This document shows positions 25,031 to 36,041 of a DNA stretch of 64,000 nucleotides, piece after piece. Position numbers and translations under genes: made by a program. Source of the stretch: Azolla caroliniana (lineage: Eukaryota > Plantae > Polypodiophyta); contig JBHGNT010000001.1 in assembly GCA_043228905.1 (NCBI GenBank), positions 10,106,001-10,170,000 of the forward strand, written 5' to 3'. The notes below the pieces were generated by a model. It did not search any database and was not told the DNA's origin. It was given only the letters and a program-made list of their open reading frames with translations. Positions within the stretch are counted from its first letter, which is position 1. Every line of letters starts with the position of its first letter.

Positions 25031-28000
25031 ATGTCTTCAAAGAGAATCGAGCGCGAGGACTCCAGGTAGGCCTCTAACACTGTGGACATTTTTGTAAATA
25101 TGTTTTGTCGCTCAAGAACTCGATACGCCGTATCGAGTTCCTGTATACAATACAAACTTTATACAGGAACTCGATACGGCGTATCGAGTTCATAATTTTT
25201 TTTTGCTTTTTAAACAGGAACTCGATACGTCGTATCGAGTTCCCGTTTAAAACCTAAACTTTAAATGGGAACTCGATACGCCGTATCGAGTTCTTGTGCT
25301 TTCTTTGCTTTTTAAACAGGAACTCGATACGGCGTATCGAGTTCCTGTATAAAAGAAGGCTCTGAAAGAGAAAATTTGTGTTTTTGGGGTAACAATTAAT
25401 TATTGTGTGGAAAAGATATCAAATTGTCTGTCAAAATCAGTCTTTTTTATGTTGACTTGCCTTACTTTTTAAAAAAAACATGCCCTAATTATAGGTGTTT
25501 TATGACCTACTATAGCTTAAAATAGTAGAAAATGATCCACAAATTGCCTTTATGATAGCAAATTCTCCTCAATATAGGTTTGGAATCTATATAAGTCATA
25601 CCTATTCTTTAAAAGAATATATAACCCTGTTTACTTATTACGATATATATTTTCTTGTTTGAATAGCCCTGCCTAGAATAGATTTTTGAATATAGGACTA
25701 CCATGTACTCTAAATGCATGATTGATATTTTCACTTCACCACTAATCGCCTGCTAGTGAGAACTGTTCTTCATCTTCATATTTATATTTTAATATACAAC
25801 CTTAATCTTTTATATTTTAATATACAACCTTAATCTACGTGACCACCTAACTTATGTTTTTGCATATACTTTCTTAAATAGGTCATTTGAGAACCTGTCG
25901 AACCGACCCGTGAAGAAAATAAAGCTTCGCATACAGGGTTCTCCAATCGAAGCCCAGACCAAGGTAGCTCCTGAGACCATGAAGAGAGGAAAAAAGCTTC
26001 TCTTCAACGAGGAGACAAAATCTCAGCCACATATTGATGTTAGCCAAAAGAAACTTGTCGCCGCTACTGGAGGTGAAGACCTTCCTGACCGTGATCTAAC
26101 GGACAAGGAATGGTGTATGCAATATGTCGACTCAAAGAAAAAAGTCGTATTGTATATAACAAAGAAGAAGGGGGAGGGGCAGCTTGGAAAGGAAACCCCA
26201 TTTATGTATGGCCGTATTCTACGATTTGACTACGAAGATGCAGATTCGGCCAACATACTGGTAATGATAGAGTGCTCCAAGGGGGTACGTAAAGTGTTCC
26301 TTTCAGAAGACCTTTTAGTAAAGGAATCTTGTGGGCCAGAAGCGTTCAAAAAAGATCTTGAAAGCTCACAAAACCTTATTGTTACCTTGAGGCCTTATAT
26401 ACAAGGCCATGTAACTCTAAGAGATGAAGTGCCCTCCCCATTGAAGGCCACAAAAAGGGTATCGAAAGTCCAGTCAAGACCACCAAAGAAGAAGACAACC
26501 AAATTGTCGGACACCAATTCAACAAGTGAAAACAAAGAGGAGGATAATAAGGGGACGCCAGGAGCTGAGCTGGCATCGGGTGTTTTGTCATCCGAGCAGA
26601 ATAAGATAAGGAGAGAGTTAATGCAACGTAAACTGGTCAGGAAAGGGCAAGTGTTTAATTTGCCTATAACACACATCCATGGGCCCCCTATTGATGAAAA
26701 AACAGGTCGACGACCACTTGAGATTAGAGAGCCACACCGCATGCATGTTCAAAATCTCAAGAAAAAAATGAAAATTAATCCTCATGCCACTGTGGTGCCA
26801 TTTATTGTTATGGTAGATCCTGAACAATGTGAAACCATTGAAGATTTTGATATTAGAAAGCATGATCAATATAATTATTTTGTCATTGGTGGATCGCATT
26901 CAGCAGAGGCACGTCGGCAACTTGTGAGAGAACATTCAACGACTTTCTTCTTCAAGTATGCCGAGTGCAAAATTTATGTTGGGCTCACAACCGAAGAGGC
27001 TAAGTTGTTGGCATGGGACCATAATAATGATAATGACTATAGGCAGAAAATGTCGTCCATTGAGCGTATACGGTTCTTCCACCACGAGTATTTAGACGTG
27101 AAACAAAAGTTTGGTGTGAAGTTACATCCAGGCCTACGACGTCAATGTCTGCATGAAGTCGTCATTGTGGTAGATGATAATGTTAAGTCCGATGGTCTTC
27201 GAAAATATGAGTCTTGGTTTCAATTGGCGTTTAGAGATGGAGAAGTATGGGACCTACAAGATGAAATCTTCTCAATGTGGGAGAATAAGGAGGTAAAGGG
27301 TCAACGACAAAAGAAATGTAAGGTTGATCCTCAACTAGAGTTAAAGTCACAAGCCGCCAAGAAAATTGACTTGACAATTGAAGAAGCGGCAGATGACATG
27401 AAGCTGTCTCTGTGGAGAGCGATGCAAGGTATTAAGGACGAGCAGCTTCTTGTGTCTGTTTTGTCAAGGGTTGTGGCGAAAGATTTAAGCCTTGAAGAAA
27501 TGGTCACTGAGTTCAATAAGTAAGTCTTTCAAATACTGAAATTGTAGTCTATCTGGTGTAATTCAAAGTTCTAATCTTGATTTCTAATTTTACAGTCATA
27601 AGGTTTACATGAAGATCCAAGAAGTTATGATGAAACAACTTGGATGTATAACTTGGGAACAAGTGACCGAGGATTATCCTCTAACGTCTTCATATAAGGC
27701 GTTATCAAAGTATTTTATTGCATTCAAGGATTGGGTTAGTATTGATGGTTTTTCATTACCCTTTCATCATATGTAGAGCTTGTATAATAATACCTGATGT
27801 CCTATTGCTTCTATTAGAAACCGTGTCGAGGCAAGAAACAAGGAGAAGTTAAGGATATACACGATTTCCCTACATCCTTCCTTGCACATCTCGAGCGAGC
27901 CAGAAAAGAAAAGGATCGTCGCTTAGTCAAGGCGTACGAAATGGAGGAAGATGGCTCCTTTAAAAAATTTAGCCACAAAAAAGATATTACGAGAGATCTT

Positions 28001-28934
28001 TACTACAATGTGGTTTGCGGTGATGTCGTCAACTTGATCCAAAAGGTGCCAAAGAAGGAATATACACTAATTATTGCGGATATTCCTTACGGATTTCGAA
28101 TGGCTGGGTCATCATACGACGATGAACCGTTTAGGTTTAAACAATTGGAGAAGATGGTCAAGGATTTCGCTGAGCTAACGACTGCATCCTTGTGGCGAAT
28201 AATTGTCTTTCATAGTATGGACCAAGGGTACTCGGTAGCTCAAGCTTTGAGATCTCGTTGCCATGGCATCGAGAACCTTGCATGGTAAGGATTATTTATA
28301 GGTGTCTTTCACTATATTGCATTTCTTAAGGTTGTTCAATCTATTCTTAACTCGATGTATTATTTTTTATAGGATCAAGACCAATGTAAATAGAGGGCCA
28401 ACTTTTCGGTTCGTTAATGCCATTGAATACATCACGGTTGGCTACTTCGATGAAATTACGAAACAGAGAATCAAGGAGCATTCTAATGAAGTGGGAGGTT
28501 CAAATCTGTTGGTATATCCAGCAATGACACGGAAATTGCGACATGTCACCACGACAGAACGGGGACTTGTCAACCCATACCAAAAACCTCAACGACTTAT
28601 GATGCGCTTGATCGAGATGTTTTCTATCGAAGGAGATTGGATATTAGATCTCTTTTCTGGCACAGGTATTCCTCGAACTAGGGTAGCGATCTTGAGATAA
28701 CCAATCCCTTTTTTTTTCGTTTGACAACTAAATCTTCTTGTTACTTACATCACAGGAACGACGTCTGCATGTGCATTGAAGCTTTTTAGAAATACAGTTG
28801 CATTGGAGAAGGACGAGAACCAGGTTATATTTATTAATATGCGGATTAAGGCTTTGTGGGAGTGCCCAGACCAGGATGATGAGGTCGGTGCAAAGAACCT
28901 CGCTAATACAAAAAGGTTTCAACCTGCTTCGTGA
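25031..28934 (+). CDS. Spliced ParB/Srx-like domain plus beta-class amino-DNA methyltransferase (N6_N4_Mtase-like) fusion, ~916 aa; exons 25031-25065, 25882-27519, 27596-27734, 27818-28284, 28373-28665, 28756-28934
   Basis: All five introns are GT..AG and the exons join in frame (2751 nt). ParB-like part: IREPHRMHVQNLKKKM...PFIVMVD...YFVIGGSHSAEARRQL...LTTEEAKLLAWDHN. MTase part: VVCGDVVNLIQKVPKKEYTLIIADIPYG (motifs III-IV), W|IKTN...IEYI, NPYQKPQRLMMRLIEMFSIEGDWILDLFSGT|GTTSACALKLFRNTVALEKD (motifs X-I-II). Confidence 0.85.
25116..25344. repeat. Array of five perfect 25-bp palindromes GAACTCGATACG-N-CGTATCGAGTTC at exact 51-bp period (intron 1)
   Basis: Copies start at 25116, 25167, 25218, 25269 and 25320. 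All four spacers are 26 bp. Confidence 0.95.
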
Positions 28935-30410
28935 GAGCCTATTCCTCCGTTAGCCGGCGAACCGGGGGAGCTAATAGAGCTTGATGATGAGCTTATAGAA
29001 GATATTTCGTTGGCTCGGCTAACAGGGGAAGCCAATGCACGTATAGCCGAAGAGAGTTCTACACAAGATGATGAAGAAAATGACGTTGATGAATTGATTG
29101 CTATGTAATAGACTCTATGAAGAAAATGACACTGACGATTTGTTAGGATTTCACATTATTAATACAAATTTTGGGTTTTACCTAGTGGATTCTATTCTTT
29201 ATAATCTTCTATATGTTTCAATTTTATTTTTATATACTTGGTTAGTAGATTTATGACATTGGTTTCACTGCGTGCATAGCTGACTACCAAATTTATGGAG
29301 AAACATGAATTAGTTTAAATTGAGGTTGATTTTGGTCCAAGCTAACCTTAACAGAACATGGCCCTATAATTGTTGCCATGACTGTCCATGTTGTTATTAT
29401 GGATCTTTGTCTTCTATTGTTAAAACTATTATGTTTCTATTCCATTGCTGCTTAGATTGTGTAGTGTGTTGATAATGGTTCCAGTTGCATTATCGTTCGG
29501 AGTTTGATCCTGTGTGAATCACCTAAGCAATAGAGTAGATCAATTTTAAATACAGGTATGAAAGCCTAATAGGTTTGTTATTTCCACGACATTATCCTAA
29601 AGTTCACTGCCTTACATTGTCCACAATTATATACATATGGTTTGATCCCATATGAACAAACTGAGGAATAGATTAGATCAACTTTAAATACAAGTATTGA
29701 ATACTTTAATAAGTTAGTTATTCCAATCACTTATCCTAATGTGCACTATCCTACATTTTTCACAATTACATACATGCACGTTGTCGTGAAGAAAACCGTC
29801 CACAAGAGGAATCGGTGTACCGGAGCGTAGAAACCGACTCTTCATGCACGTGCGCCTTAAGTTGTACATAGGAGATCCTAGGTAAATTCGGTAGGTAGAG
29901 AGTAAAGGGGGGGAGAAACGGCTCCTTCCTTGCCTATAAAAGGAGGGAGACGAGGAGAGTAAAGGGATCGCGAAGAGTCGAGGACGAAGGGCTGTGGGGA
30001 TTGGGCGCGAAGGCTTCTCTCTCTCTCTCTCGGGTTCGCAGACTCCATAGCTTCCTGCTGTGCAGGTTTCAGGAGGCTCGCGCTGCTCTGAGGAATGCCC
30101 GAGTGCTCCCCGCAGCACCTCCAGCCTGTTCCTGTCTTTCTGTGCGTTTGCGAACAGGTATCGGCATTTGTTCGCCGGCCTGTTCGGTTGTAACCCACTT
30201 CGTGTTCTTATTGTTTGTCTTGTCAATACATACATATTTTCGTGTCTTTCTGTGTCGTTGTCCCACTCGCGTCTCTGCGTCGAAGGGCCGTGTCCCTGTG
30301 AATCTACGCTCGCACGTAGTGGGTCCCTTCTCTTCTCTCTTACTCTTCGGTACAGGACCCTTGAGGTCCCGCCTCATTCCACGCATCCGCAAGGAATCCC
30401 TCGACATATT

Positions 30411-30428
30411 TGGTGAACCCGACATGAA
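30411..30428 (+). other. Primer-binding site complementary to the 3' end of plant cytosolic tRNA-Trp
   Basis: TGGTGAACCCGACATGAA versus TGGTGAACCCGACGTGAA, the reverse complement of the tRNA-Trp(CCA) 3' end as recalled. Confidence 0.7.
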
Positions 30429-32577
30429 GGAGGCGGCAGAAGAGCAAAAGATGAGGGGGTCGGATCTTGCAGAGGCCATGGCTTCAGCCGTGGATCGGAT
30501 ATTGAGCACACGCGAGGGCACCGGCGCCCTCGACAGAGCCATTGAGGCGGTTGTCGGTACGATCGGCCGTTTCAGCGGAAAGGATGCTACGAAGTATTTG
30601 GCGTCCTACGGGGCGGAAATGCTGATGCAGGACATTCCGGAAGAGAGGCGTCTTGCCGGGTTCCCTCGAGTGGCGATGCCAAGCATCCATGCGGAGGTGC
30701 TCGAGTTACGGGCGGAGAGCCATACCTGGGAGGAGTTCGAAGGCCGACTCCTAGAGAAATATGGGCTGGACGACACGCTCCGGCTTTCGAAACGGGACTT
30801 CATGGAGTGGGTGGAGTCCCCCGGCAAAGGAAGAAACACGTCGGCACTCCTCCGGGAGTTCGAAGAACGCTTTGCGCGCCTTTCGGCGCTTGACCGAACT
30901 ATCCTAGATACGAGCCGAGTCCTACTGTTCGTCAAATCGGTGGACGAGCGGGACCGGGATCAAGTCGGCTCCTTGCTGGAAACCGAAGACGGGTTGACAA
31001 CCGACTAGGCTGCGGTTAAGAGAGTCTGTGGCCGTTTCGACAAACGGCGAGAATGGGCTGACAACGGGGCGGCCGGTGCGGGCTCTGTTACAGCAAGGAG
31101 GCTTGGACCGGCGCCGCAAGTACGAAGGGAAGAAGCCCGGGAATGGCTCGAAACCGGTCCGGCTTCGACTGACATGGTCAATGGCTCGTCCGGAGGAGCA
31201 GCGCTGGAGGAGTTGACGCGGGCGATAAAGGATCTCCAGATCGCCCAGACTCGAAGGGAAGGCGGCGAACCGGCTCGTGACCGACGGCCGGCAGTAGGGA
31301 ACAGGTGCATGTGGTGCGACGAGGTCGGCCACATCCGGAAGGACTGCGGCGATTTCGCAGAAGCGTTGAGGAGCCGGGTGGTGTACCTGTGGGAAGGCCG
31401 GGTGCACGCCGGCGACACCAGAAGGGCCCTAAACCGAAATGACGGACGAGGAGGTATGAAGAGACTGATGGAAGAGGCAGCGGCCCGACACGTGGAGGCC
31501 ATCCACTACTCGGCGTCGGCCGGCATTCGGGTCGGGGGCAGCGAGGCCCGAAAGGAGGGCAAAGACGGATTCTGGTCGGCAATGCTGGAAGGTCTTGCCG
31601 GCACACGGCCAAGGAAAGACGAAACGGACCATGCTGAGAGACGGGTCCGGGAAATAACCGGGTGGAGCGATCCGGTCGAGGAGAAGACGGGCTTCGTAGA
31701 AGCCGCTTGCCGGAACTACGAGGCTCTGGTAGAAGACAAGCGAGTAGGGAAAGCCAGAGCGGCGGGGCCCTCACAACGATACGAGACCCGATTCGGGCAA
31801 CGACGGAACGATTCCGGCGGATCCAGCTCGCAAGACAACCCCAGGAAGGGCGGATACCGACTGGGGACAGAAATAGAAAGGACTACGGACCTACGAAAGG
31901 TCCTAGAAGAACGGATCCTCGACAGCAAAGTGGAGTTGTCATTACGGGAGGTGCTAGGGATCGCCAAGAAGGAGTTCCACGACTCCATTGTAGACTTGGT
32001 GAAACGGAAGAGACTGTCGACAGAGATGGAACCGGAAAGACCGGTGGAGGTGCGGACGACGCACATCGATGACTCGGCGCTGGAAGATGAGTGGGCGGAG
32101 AGCCACTATTCGAGGCCACACTAGGCCCGAGCGACCACGGAGACCCCGGTAAAGATCGGAGATGTTCGGGAACCGGTGGTGGCGTTGGTGGACCACGGTT
32201 CGGAAATAAACCTAATGTCCATGGACTTCTATAAGAAGGGGAAGTGGCCGATCAACACCAAGCACGGGTGGAAGATACGGGCGGCGACGCGCGCCACCGA
32301 GGAACTGCATGGGGCCTGCCCGAACGTGCGAGTCAAGATCGGCGACGTCGAGATTGACCAGCACTTCTTCGTACAGGAAACGTCTTCGCACCCGGTCATA
32401 TTAGGGGAACCGTACATCACGGCGGCAAGAATGGAGACCAAGGTGCTGGACAACGGTTCGGCCTACGCGAGGGTCAAAAGCCAAGACGGGCGCCATTCGG
32501 TGCAATTTTTGACGGTGAGGACGAACCACGAGAGAAACCGCGAGTCCCTCGGTGGCGAGAACCGGGAGGATTTTTAG
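30424..32577 (+). pseudogene. gag-protease ORF with two in-frame TAG stops (31006-31008, 32122-32124)
   Basis: Zinc knuckle CMWCDEVGHIRKDC and protease ALVDHGSEINLM...VILGEP, all in one frame. Confidence 0.88.
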
Positions 32578-35500
32578 AGAGGACTGCCAAGGCGTGGGGC
32601 CGAGACAGTCCGGACACTCGGAAAAGACCCCACGATTGTACGATAGGCAGGAGATTTTGCTTCTCCGACAACGGAGGGTGTATGATGGTCGGCATCGTTG
32701 GCCGAGAAAAGACAAGGGCGGAAGAGCGACTTCGAACGTGCGGAGTTCTCGGCCCGGACGAGGAAATCAGCGGAGCCGTGGAGGCGGTCTCCTTCGACGA
32801 CACCTTAGGGATGTTGAGGAAGGTTGCCGGAGAAGACCTTAACGAAGACCGCACGATACCGGTATGTTCCGAAGAGATGTACGAAGTCATCGCGAACTTC
32901 AGTCGGGGGCTCGGGTCGGATCGGACGGCCCGAGTAAGCACAAGGTACAAGACTGTGGACCGGAAGGTAAGGCCAGTCGCAGCACCCTTACCGGAGGGCA
33001 GCGAGTCCCGGATCAGAGGGGTTGCGTCGAACCCCAGTTTACGAGATCCGGCCTGCATAGGGCACACCTTCACCGACGGGACGCTCCGGGAGCTCAAAAT
33101 CGGTGGGGGTGGGTTCCTACTGCCGGCGGAGGAAGACCGGTTTCGGAGGATGCTCGGAAGGCACGGGAAAGCCTTTGCATTCTCACCGGAAGAGATCGGG
33201 TGCGTAGACCCGACGATCGTGGAGCCGATGGTGATATTCACGGTACCGCATGTACCGTGGAATCTCAAGCCGATTCCGGTACCGAGAGCTCACATCCCGA
33301 AGTTGATGGAGCTATTGAGGCAGAAAGTAGATATGGGCATTCTTGAACCGTCGAGTGCCCCGTACTCGAACTGATGGTTTACCGTACCGAAGAAAAACGG
33401 AACGTTGCGCTTCATTCAAGACCTGCAGCCGGTCAACAGAGTGACCATTCGAAACGTAGGAATCGGACCGACCATAGACGAGTTCGCGGAGGCCTTTGCC
33501 GGAAGGTCGATTTACTCGGTCGGTGATCTGTACTCAGGGTACGACCAATTCCAGATAACCGTGGAGAGCAGAGACATTACGACGATGCGAACTCCCCTCG
33601 GCCTAGTGCGAATGTGTACCCTGCCACAGGGAGGGACCAACTCGGTGGCCCACATGGTGAATGCAATGAACAAGGTACTGAGGGATTGCATCCCGGACAT
33701 CACCATGCCGTTTCTAGACGACATCCCTATCAAAGGGTGCCCGGTGGAGGAGAAGGACGAGACAGTCGGGCCGGACGGATGCCGGCGATTCGTGGCGACA
33801 CACATCGACGACTGCGAGAAGGTGCTACAGAGGCTGGAGGATGCGAGGCTCACCTTCTCCGGGGAGAAATCGGCCTTCGGGCAATCGGAAATCCTGGTAG
33901 TCGGACACCTATGTGGGCCATTTAGCCGGAAGCCGTCTCCGGCAAAGGTAGAAGCCATCTCCGCGATGAAGACCGACTGTAGCTCGGTTACGGAAGTTCA
34001 GAGGTTCCAGGGGGCATGCACATTCTACCACATATGGATCCCGCATTACGCCCACGTTGCGGAGCCGCTATACGGGTTGCTGAAGAAGGGGCAAAGATTC
34101 GAGTGGCGAGACGAGCACACGGGGTCGGTCCGGAAGCTGAAGGAAGCTCTTGCGGCAACTCCGGCGCTCCGGAAGGCTGTCTACGAGAAGGGTACCCCGG
34201 TATACATAACGGTGGATACGAGCCCGACCGGGATCGGATGGGTCGTCAACCAAGAAGACGAGGACGGCACCCGGTTCCCAATCCGATTCGGCGCTAAGGT
34301 CCTCAGTGAGCGACAGTGAGGGTACGCCCAGGTTAAACGTGAACTCTGGGGTATCGTTTCGGCAGTAAAGGCGGACAAAGACTACCTGATCGGGGCAGAA
34401 GTGGTTATCGAGACGGATTGCCTGCCAATTCTCGGCATGGTTTCCGGATGCGCGACACCGGACCTGGCGATGCTCAGGTGGATAGCGTACGTCAAGTCCC
34501 TGGACCCGGAAATACGGCACATTTCCGGAAAGGACAACGCCATGGCCGACATGCTTTCGAGGGAGAGGTTTGATGACGAGGGCGGCATGGTTTCGGAGGA
34601 CGAAGAAGTCGGCGTGGACTTCTTCGAATCGGCGTACGTGACGACCGATGGGACGAGCACTCCGGCACTTAACGACTTCGACGAGAGCAAGTACGACGGC
34701 GAGTGGCTCCAGATCGGTGGATTCTTGAGGACAATGATGCCGGATGCGTCATGGACGAAGGACGAGGCCAACCGGATCCGGAAGAAAGCTTACCGATTCT
34801 TTCTCCGGGACGGATACTTATGGAAGCACCCGAAGAAGAGGGACGGCGCTCCGCTCCGGGTGGTGGCGATGAAGGAAGAACAGGAGGAGCTGCTGACGGC
34901 CTACCACGACAGCCCTTGGGCCGGACACCGTGGAACTTGGGCCACGTTCGAGAAGATAAAGGGGAAGTACTGGTGGCCGGGACTGTACCGGGATGTGCAT
35001 CGATTCGTGACAACTTGCGAGAGCTGTCAGATGCACTCCATAGTCCGACACCGGGACGAACTTCACCCTACATACCCTCCGACCATCCACTTCAAATGGA
35101 TGGTAGACCTGGTAACGATGCCGATGGGAATAGGACAGATGCGGTATCTGGTCCTGTCTCGGGAAGATCTAACGAACCAGGTGGAAGGCCGGGCCCTTCA
35201 GAACAAAACGACTGCAGCCGTATGTAGGTTCCTGCTCGAGGACGTAATATGCTGGTACAGGTGCGTCGGGAAGATCATGGCTGATCGCGGGGAGTTGGAC
35301 GCCGAAGAGGCCGAGGAGCGATTCGACTGGCTAGGAGTCAAGCTCTCGCTTACCACTGCGTACAATCCGGAGGCGAATGGAAAGGTGGAGCGCGGACACG
35401 GACCGATCGTCAAGGCGTTAGTTCGGGCATGCGGAGGTCGAGTCGGTAACTGGCCGCGGCTACTGCCTTACGCGTTGTGGGTTGACCGGACTACGCACAG

Positions 35501-36041
35501 TTCGGTAACCGGATTCATGCCGGCAGAGCTCATGTTTGGGCAGAAGCCGATCATGCCGATCCAACGTACGGTCTCCTCATGGGCAACCGTGGACTGGAGA
35601 GACGAGATGAGCCGGGAGGAACTGTTGACGGCGCGCATACGACAGCTCGAACGGAGACCGGAGGACGTGGAGCAGGCTGCGGAAAAGCTTCGGGAAGCAA
35701 GGATGAGGAACAAAGCCCGGTTCGACCGAACACACCGGCTCCGACCGAAGAAGATCGAGGAAGGCGATTGGGTGCTAGTCTACGACAGCAGCCTCGACAA
35801 CCAGCACCGAGCGACGCGGAAGTTCGCAAGAAGGTGGTTCGGGCCTTACGTGGTGCAAAGCGCCAACGACAACGGGACGTACCATCTGGCGGAACTCGAC
35901 GGTACGAGAATGACGATACCGGTAGCTGGGAAGCGAATCAAGGCGTTCAAGAAGCGTCACGACGACGAGCCGGATCAGGTTGACTTGGACCGCGACGACG
36001 AGCGATCCGAAACCGAGGAAGAACCGACGGGCGGGGAATGA
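32568..36041 (+). pseudogene. pol ORF (RT-RNaseH-integrase) in the -1 frame, with two in-frame TGA stops (33372, 34317)
   Basis: RT PFLDD; RNaseH VDTS...DNAMADMLSR; integrase HHCC plus D,D,E core and GPY motif (WFGPYVV). Confidence 0.92.

Noticed and set aside
25116-25344. CRISPR array interpretation of the palindromic repeats with constant-length spacers
   Set aside because: The context is a eukaryotic intron with no cas genes. The spacers are AT-rich and related to each other (1~3, 2~4) rather than unique acquisitions.
25031-28934. Bacterial contamination as the source of the ParB-MTase
   Set aside because: The gene has five spliceosomal introns, sits within TIRs and a TSD continuous with plant repeats, and the element hosts a plant LTR retrotransposon.
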